From Gekko japonicus (taxonomy: Eukaryota): a stretch of DNA of 64,000 bases. The notes under the pieces are model-generated. The model ran no database searches. It was not told where the DNA came from and saw only the letters and a program-made list of their open reading frames with translations. Each line of letters starts with the position of its first letter. The stretch's first letter is position 1. The translations under genes and the position numbers were made by a program. Where the stretch lies: contig NW_015161975.1 in assembly GCF_001447785.1 (NCBI RefSeq), positions 227,320 through 291,319 of the forward strand, in the 5' to 3' direction. Of the stretch, positions 35,601-64,000 are shown one piece after another.

Positions 35601-38600
35601 GGCCTGTACAAGCAGGTGGTGGGCACCTGCCAGAACCCTGCAGCTGGGGCTGTCGATGCCCCAGGTGACACTGATCCGCTCGTCATTTCTAGAGTGTCTC
35701 CCTTCGCCTTGGCCATGAAAACAACCAGGGCTAAGACTGCAGCTTCAGAAAATTAACCTTTTCATGATTAACCGGGTTTAACAGCATGTTGTACTGTGTG
35801 TAAATTATGATTTTAGTGTACTGTTATAGATTGTTTTAGAGGCATTGTTTTATTGGTTTTAATGTTGTAAGCCGCCCTGAGCCGCTTCGGCGGGAGGGTG
35901 GGAGAAAAATCAAATAAATAATAAATAAATAATAATAATTGCTTCCCCTCCTAACAGCATTCCGTGCGCCTCGGCGTTTAGTCATGCCGGCCACATGACC
36001 ACGGAGAAGTCTCCGGACAGCACTGGCTCTTCGGCTTGGAAACGGAGATGAGCACCGCAACCCTAGAGTCGGATTCGACTGGCTTTCGAGCAAGGGAAAT
36101 CTTCACCTTTACCTATATGCAGTGCCTCAGTCCCAGAGGACATTCTTCACTTTATATTATTCGGTCCTATGTATACAGCAGTTAGGTCTCAATTTCTTGA
36201 TAATCTGCTAATAGGACAAAAAAAATTATATTGACAAGCTGGTCTTCTTATTAGCTGACACTGTTCTGCTCAGAAAATTAACCTTTTCATGACTAACCGG
36301 GTTTATTTTTCTCCCCAATTTTATCGTTTATAACATTAATAGCTGGTCCATATCTGTGTGCAAATTCTTTTAATCGCTGTTTTATCTATGTACGATTAGA
36401 ATTATATATATCCTCTTTTTTTTTTGTATTGTGACGGGCCAGCCTTTGGCATTATACACAATAAAACCCTGGACTTATTTCTGGGCAAAGCTGGGGTCGA
36501 GAGGAGGCCCTTTGCTAAGGCAGAGCAGCGAGCGAGAGAGCCGGTGTCGATGGGCACGGCTTCTTGCCAAGACCACAGAGGTGGGCTGCCTTCTGTTTCT
36601 TCCTCTTCCTCCTGGGCCTTGCCCCCTGGCCTCTCTCTCTCCCCGACATCTGGCTTTCTTCCAGCAGCCCCCCAGCCCCCTCCAGACAGTGCCGGGACCC
36701 CCTCGCTCATCGACTTCTCCGAGCTGGACTCTGCCTTCGGCACTCCCGGGTCCTTCCAAGGAAAGGCCAAGAGCAAGCCTTCTTCCTCCTCCTCCTCCTC
36801 CACTCACTCCCTGGATGAAGAGCTGGTATCCTTAGGTCAGTGGCGGGGGCGGGGGGGGAGTGTTCCTGCTAAACTGGGTGAGTGTGAGCTAGGTCACAGT
36901 TCTTTAGCCTCCGGCTCACACATTTTTTTTGTCTCAGCTCAGGAAGGATGGCTCCAGGGCAAATTCATTTATGCAGCAGCCGAATCGCTCGCTCACAAGT
37001 ACTTTAAGGCCAGTAGCTCACAAAGCAGGATTTTTGCTCACAAGACTCCACAGCTTAGAGGGAGCATTGCTCACAGGCAGTGTTCCCTCTAAACAGTGTG
37101 AGCCAGCTCACCGTTTTTAAGCCTCCGGCTCACACATTCTTGTCTCCGCTCAGGAAGGAAGGATGGGGCTCCAGAGCAAACTCATTGATGCAGGAGCCCT
37201 ATCGCTCGCTCACAAGTACTTTAACGCCAGTGTAGCTCACAAAGCAGGATTTTTGCTCACAGGACTCCACAGCCTAGAGGGAGGCATTGCCTGGGGCACC
37301 TGAGCCTGGCGACCGGGCATCCCTTGGCGCTGCTTCCTGCGGGCGAGGAGGGCAGGGGAGAGTCCAGCAGCCGTGGCGCGTGTAAGAACAGGCCCCCGCC
37401 AGGCACCAGGGCTGCGGCAGTGCCCAGTTAAGTGGGCACAAGTTCTGCCAGGACTCCTCTGTGTGGGGGTGGGGGTGGGTTCCAATCCACCCCTCTTGGG
37501 GGGCAAGGAAAAGGGAACCTGGGCGTGAGGTGGGGGCTTCTTTGGACCCTTCTGCGTGGGNNNNNNNNNNNNNNNNNNNNNNNNNNNNNNNNNNNNNNNN
37601 NNNNNNNNNNNNNNNNNNNNNNNNNNNNNNNNNNNNNNNNNNNNNNNNNNNNNNNNNNNNNNNNNNNNNNNNNNNNNNNNNNNNNNNNNNNNNNNNNNNN
37701 NNNNNNNNNNNNNNNNNNNNNNNNNNNNNNNNNNNNNNNNNNNNNNNNNNNNNNNNNNNNNNNNNNNNNNNNNNNNNNNNNNNNNNNNNNNNNNNNNNNN
37801 NNNNNNNNNNNNNNNNNNNNNNNNNNNNNNNNNNNNNNNNNNNNNNNNNNNNNNNNNNNNNNNNNNNNNNNNNNNNNNNNNNNNNNNNNNNNNNNNNNNN
37901 NNNNNNNNNNNNNNNNNNNNNNNNNNNNNNNNNNNNNNNNNNNNNNNNNNNNNNNNNNNNNNNNNNNNNNNNNNNNNNNNNNNNNNNNNNNNNNNNNNNN
38001 GGGCCGTGGGTGGGCGGGAGAGAGCTGGGGGAGTCCGGGACGGAGCGGCAGGGAAGGGCCCCCCCCCGGCTGTAAGCAGAGAAGCCGCCTCCAGCCTCCT
38101 CGCTCTCTCTCTCTCTCTGCCAGGTCTTCCCAACAGCCCTGCGAGGGAGGCTGCCTTCTCCTGTGGGCTCCCGCAAGTGACCCCTCCGTCACCCTCCTGC
38201 CCAGCAAACCTCCTAGCTAATCTTTTCATCCCTCTGGAATCTGTCGTGCTGAGTAAGTGCCGGGGATTTCAGGCTTTCCTTCGGTGGTGGTGGTGGGGTT
38301 GTTGCCGGGCAATGGTGTTGCTGGGAAGGGGGCGCCAGGGGCCGTCTCCCCCCCCTTCCTCGTGCCTCTCCTCCCTGCCGACAGCTGCCTTTCCCGTTCT
38401 TTTCCCCGGCAGGCCCGATTCCCCCGGTCACCGTCTACGAGCGGAACGGCCTTAAGGCCCTGCTGCACTTCGCCAGGGACCCGGTGCCCGGCCAGCTGGC
38501 TGCCCGCGTGATGGTCCTCTCTCTCCTGAGCACGTCTCCTCAGCCGACCCAGCAGGTGGTGTTTCAGGCCGCGGTGCCAAAGGTGAGTGGCTGGAAGGGG

Positions 38601-39820
38601 CCCCTCTTTCCTCCGAACTCAGCCAGCCATTCACACTGGGGCTTTCTAAAAAAGCTGGCCGGCACCGAGAAGCCGAGAGTCCAGTAGCCTCCAGAGTCCG
38701 AGGAGATCTCTGGAAAATCTTGCGGCCTCTTTGAGAGTTCTTGGGAGCTAAGCTTGAATTGTGGTGTGATGGTTGGGAGCGCGGACTCTAACCTGGGGGA
38801 ACTGGGTTTGATTCCCCACTCCTCCACATGCAGCCAGCTGGTGTGATCTTGGGTCAGTCACAAGTTCTCTCAGAGCTGTTCTCTCAGGAGCAGTCCTCAA
38901 AAGAGCTCTCTCAGCCCCACCTACCTCACAGGGTGTCTGTTGTGGGGAGGGGAAGGGAAAGGCGATTGTAAGCCACTCTGAGACTCCGAATGAAGGGCGG
39001 GGTATGAATCCAACAACAACAACTATTATTATTATTACTACAAACTTTGTAAGAAAGAGGAGAGAGAAGTCTGTCTAGCTAGGAGAATCAGCAGACTAAG
39101 AGTTCTCAGCAGGAGCAGGAAGGAGAGCTCGTTTGGTGTCGTGGTTAAGAGTGGCAGACTCTAATCCGGGAGAACCGGGTTTGATTCCCCACTCCTCCAC
39201 ATGCAGCCAGCTGGTGTGACCTTGGGTCAGTCACAAGTTCTCTCGGAGCTCTCTCAGCCCCACCCGCCTCACAGGGTGTCTGTTGTGGGGAGGGGAAGGG
39301 AAAGGAGATTGTAAGCCGCTCTGAGACTCCCCTGGGTAGTGAAGGGTGGGGTATAAATGCAACCTCCTCCTCCTCTTCCTCCTCTCCAGTCCATGTCCAT
39401 CAAGCTGCAACCAGCCACAGGCTCCGCCCTGCAGGCCTTCAACCCACTCCTGCCCCCGGCGGTCATTTCCCAAGTCCTGCTGGTGGCCAACCCTCTCCAG
39501 GTGAGGGCCGGGGGGGGGCTGGGGGGGGAAGTTGGCAGGTGGGCTGGGTCAGCGTCCAGAGAACAGCGCTGGTGTGATTGCGGCACCAGGAGCGTTTGGC
39601 CCTGGCGGGGGGAGCCGTTGCCGCTGGCCCAGTGCAGGACGGGGGGGAGGGGGCAGGAGGGCGTGTGGGGGCGCTGCAGAGATTCTGACCCTTTCTTCTC
39701 CCTCCTCAGGCTCCCCTGCGACTGAAGTACCGGCTGCTCTACACCCAGGGCCGGCAGCCCCACTGCGAAGAGGGGGAGGTGACCGATTTCCCCCACGCGG
39801 AGCTCTGGGGAGGGAGCTGA
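23570..39820 (+). CDS. GGA2: ADP-ribosylation factor-binding protein GGA2, whole-gene span, at least 14 coding exons, about 544 aa
   Basis: Exons 23570-23612, 26685-26769, 27122-27197, 27723-27945, 30323-30423, 32487-32567, 32735-32881, 33143-33224, 35560-35664, 36665-36835, 38124-38252, 38413-38582, 39390-39500, 39710-39820; total 1635 nt in frame. VHS-GAT-hinge-GAE domain order; position between EARS2 and COG7 supports GGA2. Extra hinge exons could lie in the gap 37561-38000. Confidence 0.92.
26685..26769 (+). CDS. GGA2: GGA2 exon 2 (VHS)
   Basis: [25 protein letters not shown]. Confidence 0.94.
27122..27197 (+). CDS. GGA2: GGA2 exon 3 (VHS)
   Basis: [19 protein letters not shown]. Confidence 0.94.
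27723..27945 (+). CDS. GGA2: GGA2 exon 4 (VHS; 223 nt, apparently two fused exons)
   Basis: [10 protein letters not shown]...[19 protein letters not shown]...DAYQMLKKR. Confidence 0.95.
30323..30423 (+). CDS. GGA2: GGA2 exon 5
   Basis: IVRQDPKL...[11 protein letters not shown]. Confidence 0.93.
30625..31560 (-). mobile_element. CR1 LINE 3' fragment with duplicated 3' UTR
   Basis: [12 protein letters not shown]...LGLFSLEK, decayed; two UTR units. Confidence 0.85.
32487..32567 (+). CDS. GGA2: GGA2 exon 6 (N-GAT, ARF-binding)
   Basis: [18 protein letters not shown]. Confidence 0.94.
32735..32881 (+). CDS. GGA2: GGA2 exon 7 (GAT)
   Basis: [17 protein letters not shown]...ELQ. Confidence 0.9.
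33143..33224 (+). CDS. GGA2: GGA2 exon 8 (GAT)
   Basis: [23 protein letters not shown]. Confidence 0.92.
34670..34731. repeat. (CTTC)n microsatellite
   Basis: Visible directly in the sequence. Confidence 0.95.
34775..35525 (-). mobile_element. L1-clade LINE 3' fragment
   Basis: Minus-strand RWYLTP...[25 protein letters not shown] (CCHC knuckle); AT-rich; T-rich end on the plus strand. Confidence 0.85.
35560..35664 (+). CDS. GGA2: GGA2 exon 9
   Basis: [20 protein letters not shown]. Confidence 0.88.
36665..36835 (+). CDS. GGA2: GGA2 exon 10 (hinge); acceptor could instead be at 36668 or 36686
   Basis: LIDFS clathrin-box-like motif; [10 protein letters not shown]|gtcag. Confidence 0.8.
   Translation, partial: QPPSPLQTVPGPPRSSTSPSWTLPSALPGPSKERPRASLLPPPPPPLTPWMKSWYP
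38124..38252 (+). CDS. GGA2: GGA2 hinge/GAE-start exon
   Basis: [11 protein letters not shown], phases 1/1. Confidence 0.85.
38413..38582 (+). CDS. GGA2: GGA2 GAE exon
   Basis: [16 protein letters not shown]...FQAAVPK. Confidence 0.94.
39390..39500 (+). CDS. GGA2: GGA2 GAE exon
   Basis: [35 protein letters not shown]. Confidence 0.94.
39710..39820 (+). CDS. GGA2: GGA2 last coding exon
   Basis: [13 protein letters not shown]...GEVTDFP...TGA. Confidence 0.93.
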   Translation, partial: APLRLKYRLLYTQGRQPHCEEGEVTDFPHAELWGGS

Positions 39821-40439
39821 AGACAGTGGAAGGAGGGGGGGGAACGGAGCTTGCCCTCAGATTTCTGGGAGGGGCTGAGGATTTACTCGGCATCCTCTTT
39901 CTGTGAACCAATCAGCACCTTTTTGATAAAAATGTTCAGACTTTATGGATCGCATGGGGTTGGGAGTGGCGGGGTCTAATCCCGGCGGGACGGGGTTGGT
40001 TCCCCTGCAGCAAGCTGACCTTGGGTCAGTCACAAGTTCTCTCGGAGCTCTCTCAGCCAGTGTTCCCTCTCAGCTGAGTTAGTGTGAGCTAGCTGACAGT
40101 TTTTTAGCCTCCGGCTCACGCATTTTTGTCTCAGCTCAGGGAGGATGGGGCTCCAGAGCAAAGTAATGTATCCAGTAGCCAAATCGCTCGCTCACCACTT
40201 TAATGCCAGGAGCTGACAAAGTAGGATTTCTGCTCACAGCACAGCTTAGAGGGAGCCTTGCTCCCAGCCCCACCTACCCTCATAGGCAATGCTCCCTCTA
40301 AGCTGTGGAGGTTGGTGTAGCTCCAGGGAGGTGAGCCATTGAGGGGGAAACTCCGGCCTGCTCTTCTTGGCCACTGGAGGGAGGCCTCCCACCCACCCTC
40401 TCAGCGTTTTCTGATGAATTCTGCTAGATTCGGGGAGGG

Positions 40440-40625
40440 AGGGGAGTAGCTACCTTGGTCTGAAGCAGCGGGACAGAGTTGGAGTCCAGGGGCACTCTTA
40501 AGACCAACAAAAGTCTTATTCTGGGCATACGTTTTCGTGTGCATGCAGACTTCTTCAGATAAAGCTTATACCCAGAATTAAACTTTTGTTGGTCTTAAAG
40601 GTGCCCCTGGACTCAAACTTTGTTT
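40440..40625. mobile_element. Penelope-like inverted-repeat remnant
   Basis: GAGTCCAGGGGCAC..AAGACCAACAAAAG and inverted CTTTTGTTGGTCTTAAAGGTGCCCCTGGACTC; related fragments at about 4440-4545 and 5850-6030. Confidence 0.65.
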
Positions 40626-42399
40626 GGATGAGTTTTTTGTTGCCTTTCCAGCCACTCAGGGTCCACAAGGCACCTAACTGTAAAATAAATAAATAAAATC
40701 AGAATCTTTAAACAATAAAAATGCTGTTAGAAACAGAAACATTCAATTTAAAACGCCCAAAGAATACTAGAGAATGAAGTCTTCACCTGCTAGTGAGAGA
40801 CACTGGTCGAGGGAGAAAGGCAGATCTCGCAGGAGAGGGAGTTCCAAAGTTCTGGTGATGTAACTCACAATTCCTCTGGAGTTCTGGGCTGTGCCCCCCA
40901 CCAGAGGAAATCTGGATTGGAACCACCGTGGAGAGAGTGCGCTGGACCACCTCGTCTGCCTCTCAGGTCTGAATACGGCCCAGTTTGTGGATGAAGAAGT
41001 GTGGAGTGAAGCTTGCCGCTCGTCAGGATCTTTTGTTTGCGGGCTAAACCCCAAAGCAGCCTTTCCACCAGAACCAGTTTCAGTCGGCAACATGCGCCTG
41101 GGGCCCACAAGCTGTCCAAATCGTGCCCCTGTTCCTGCAAGTCTATCAAGCGGCGTTTGAATTTGTCCTCCGTTTTTCCCACGTGGGTCTGCTGCCGGTG
41201 CTGTGGGAGGGAGCTTCACCCTCATTCTGTCCTCTGATCCATCCTGGGTTTTGCACACATGAAACACCAAAGGTGGAGGGAGTGGAGGTGGCAGAGAAAG
41301 CTGGATGCACCCGGCTGCGGATCCTCTAGGGCAGCTTTTGCAGACTGGTCCTTGGGCAGAGTTGCTTGGGCAGAGCAGCAAGCCCCGTGGCAGAGGGAGC
41401 TGGGCAGCTGGCACACACCGGCATCACCAGGAAAGGTGCCCCGGGAGCAGGACGGGGGGGGGGGAGACCCCCTGCCTGCGGGGCTTCCCAGTTTCTCCCG
41501 CTGCCCTTGTTGTCTCTGCTCTTCTCACCCGAGCCACCCTGCTCCCGTTCTCTGTACAGGCCTGACTGGCGTTATCTGTCAAAGGCTGGCACAGTCCCTG
41601 TTCATTTCAATGAGGCTTGTGCAAGTGGACTCCCTGGCGGATGGCTCCGGATCTGCTGCCTGGCCCCGGGGAAGTGCAAAGACATTCACACTGAACGCAG
41701 GAGCTGTGAGGAGGGAGGGGCCTGTGAGAACCCCCGTGGGTGTTTGCACGCATGGGGGAGGGGGGATCTAATAAACAATTGCATTTTTAAAATGTTTTAT
41801 GAGGTTGTAAAAAGGTCGGCAGTTCGAGACCCGAGTGTGCCGCATGACAGAGTGAGCTCCCGTCTCTGGCCCCAGGTCCTGCCATCCTAGCAGTTTGAAA
41901 GCAAGAAATTGCAAGGAGATAAATAGGCACCGCTTCGGTGGGAAGGTCACAGTGTTCCGTGCGCCTCGGCGTCTAGTCATGCCGGCCACATGGCCACGGA
42001 AACGTCTTCAGACAGCGCTGGCTCTTTGGCTTGGAAACGGAGATGAGCACCACAACCCTAGAGTCATCTTCGACTGGCTTTCGAGCAAGGGAAGCCTTTA
42101 CCTTTACCCTAAATCACCCAGAGCCTGCTTGCAAGGTGGGCGATTCACAAGTCCAATGAAATAAATAAAATTAATGAGGTTGCATTCAGGCCTTAGATAG
42201 TCTGCCAAGCAGGATCGCAAGCGGGAACTGGCTCAGCCAATCAGTGTCAGTGACATACTCGTACAAGGGTACACTCTTCCCTGAGATTAGTTCTGTGGGG
42301 GGGGGGATTGGGGAGGTGCTAAGCAAAACCTTCTATGAGTCCAAAAGAGCCTGCCCCCGGGTCTCAAGGAAGGGTGTTTTGTCTGTGCATGAATTCCTG

Positions 42400-42830
42400 T
42401 TGTACCGGGAGGAGGCTGCCCGCTGCGCCCCTGCAGGAGCGCCTGCTTTTGACAGGCTGCTCCTCTTCCGACCCGCCCGCGTGGCCCACTTCGTCCTCCG
42501 CCCTGAAGGAGGCGCTGCAAAGACGAAGGATTCCGATTGGCTGGAAGGACCAGCTGAGCGTCCAGCAACCAATCGCAGGATGACGTGCGTCTGGAATAGG
42601 CGGGGTCTGTGAACCAATGCGGGTCCGCGTTAAGCCGTGCTGGGCCAATGGCAGTCGTGTGCGGAGGAATTCCCGGAAGTCTCCGAAGGAAGGGCGTGAA
42701 GCCGCGGAAGGCGGAGCTACGGAAGGCACAGAGGCCCTCAGTCGAGATGGCGGCTAGCTGGGTGGGCTGACGGCGCCGCAGGCAGGTAGGGCGAGGTTGT
42801 TGCGGGCTGCGCGTGCGCGCAGGTGAGCTC
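42400..42830 (+). promoter_or_regulatory. CpG-island promoter and probable non-coding first exon of COG7
   Basis: CCAAT boxes at 42536 (reverse), 42569, 42614, 42645; TGACGT at 42581; GC box; ETS motif CCGGAAGT at 42673; YY1-like GAGATGGCGGC at 42744; donors at 42785|GTAGGG and 42822|GTGAGC; acceptor before 44889. Confidence 0.8.
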
Positions 42831-44944
42831 CCGGGGCACCCCTGGGGGTGGGGTGTGCGTAAAAGTGAGTTAGGTGGAAGCATTTGTAGTAGGCCTGATT
42901 CCAGCGGAGGGCAAACTTCGTAGCCTAGCCGGGCTCCCTTCTTCCTAGTGCCGTGGGCAGACCAATGGAGCCTCCTTGTCCCGAGGAAGTCTACCTGTAC
43001 GGGCAGGGAAGTTGCTGCCAATGGGAAACCAGCGCAGTAGGGCGGGTGTAGACCCATTTCTGCTTGCTGCGATGGGATTTTGTTTGCGCAAAGAAAAGCC
43101 CCGTGCTGGGATCCGTCCCTTGCCTATTTCTGAGCTCCCGCCGTCCTTGTCTTCTCGCATGTGTGGACCAGACCTGGGAGACTTGGCCTAGCTTTGCACA
43201 ATCCACCTCACAGGTCTGATGAAGGGGGAAGAGGAGGGTGCCAGGCTCCAGGTGGCACCGGGAGATTTCCCGCTATTGCAATTGATCTCTAGCTGACTGA
43301 GAGCAAGTCCCCCCTGGAGGAAATGGCTGCCTTGGAGTGTGGACCCTAATTGACATTATTATATCCCCCATGGAAGCCCCCTCCCCTCCCCATGCCCACA
43401 GTCTCCAGGTATTTCCCAGCCCGGATCTGGCAACCCTGCTGCATTCTGTCCTGTGCTCCACGGAGGGAAGGTCTAACAGGGAGCTGGGGAAACGCCCTTG
43501 CTTGGGGGGGATCTAGGCCTCCCAGTGGGCTCAGCACCTGCCCGGCTGTGTTTTGGGGGCAGCGGCTGAGCCATTTGGACGCCTGGTTGCTTTGGACCTG
43601 AAAGATCGTGGGAATGCCACGCTGTGTACCTTATGCAGCCCTGTGTTTAGAAACTGGGTTGAATTCTGTGGAATCGGGTGGGTGGCTAAGGGCAGTAAAA
43701 TACTGGCTGCGTCTTCATTACAGTGTGGACCAAGGAAGCCTTCGACCACAAATGCTCACAGAGTCAAATGTGTCCAAATGGCGATCACACATTGAGAATA
43801 AAATAACTGCCATGGGCGTCCTACTGGACTCACTCTTCATGCTCCCATTTACAGGCGCTTTTCAGATGATTAAACGTAGAGTCCTCGACACTGAAATGCA
43901 AAGGCTTAGCCAACAAATCTTGTTTCCCCCTGAACTTTGAGATGCCCCTAATGGTAGGCTGAATGGCCCCATATATATAGTAATCCTTTTAAAGGTATTT
44001 TATGCCAATAAAGGTGAACTGAACCTGTAAAGCCCTATATGGCCGGGGTCCAACATACCTACGGGACCGCCTTTCCCCATATATACCCCAGTGAGCACTA
44101 CGGTCTGGGTCTCAAAATCGGTTGACCCTCCCTGGCCCGAGGGAGGCCAGGCTTACCACTACCAGGGCCTTCTCGGTGGCGGCCCCTACCTGGTAGAACG
44201 AGCTCCCGGAGGAGATCAGGGCCCTGTGGGACCTCTCACAGTTCCGCAGGGCCTGCAAGACGGAGCTCTTCCGCCAGGCATACAATTAGGGGCCGCCACC
44301 CTAGTGCACGGCCCATAATGTTAACATTGAGCAGCTGCCTCAAGAACGAGCAGAATAATATCTAAACACTTTATGTGGAATAACACCAAAGCACTTTGTT
44401 GGAAAGCACTTTATTCGTTTGATTTTTAACTGCCGCCAGTATTCTGATATTTTGTAATGTACTATTTTAAATGCTGTGTTTTAATTCTGTATTTTTTATG
44501 TTTTTATTCTGTATTGTTGTGTTTGTTGTTGGAAGCCGCTCTGAGCCTGCTTTGCGGGGAGGGGGTGATGGTGTACATTTGACTATAAATACAAAAATAA
44601 ATAAATAAGCTTCAGTCTTGCCTCTCTCTCAGATGGAGAGTGGTTGGGCTGGACACACTCGACTTGAGAGCTGGGTAGGGATCTCCGGGAATTACAGTTC
44701 ATCTCCAGGCCGCAGTTCCCTGGGAGAAAAGGGCTGCTTCGGAGGGTGGATTCTGTGGCCCGGTGCCCCACTGAGGTCGCCTGTCCTCCCCGGGCTCCAC
44801 TCTCAAGTCTCTAGGAGTTTCCCAACCTGGAGCTGGCAACCCTGGGGCTGGGTCGATGCTAACGCCCGGCTCCCTTCTGCCCTCTCAGGGCCTCCCACCA
44901 CCACTGCTGCTGTGCCCCCCGCAAGGGGGTGCTGCAGGGCCAGC

Positions 44945-64000
<19,056 letters not shown>

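Overview
This is GC-rich vertebrate genomic DNA from a draft assembly with N gaps. It is most likely a squamate, probably a gecko, judging by Sauria/Squam-type SINEs, CR1, L1 and hAT MITEs. It carries the conserved block found at human 16p12: UBFD1 (minus strand, 7 coding exons, complete), head-to-head with EARS2 (plus, 9 exons, complete), then GGA2 (plus, 14 coding exons found) and the first 11 coding exons of COG7 (plus, cut by the window end). I placed exons by translation plus GT/AG boundaries and phase checks; family names come from recalled homologues, not from a database search. Most notable observations: (1) a lone, intact CCN5/WISP2-type IGFBP-domain exon with good splice sites inside EARS2 intron 2; (2) a composite hAT-MITE unit with its own perfect 8-bp TSD that carries about 200 bp matching COG7 intron sequence 38 kb away and sits just upstream of GGA2; (3) an EARS2 start where the ATG gives almost no mitochondrial presequence but an in-frame upstream ACG would restore one; (4) an apparent precise intron loss and a GGA1/3-like DEELV hinge motif in GGA2; (5) four splice acceptors whose pyrimidine tracts come largely from SINE tails.
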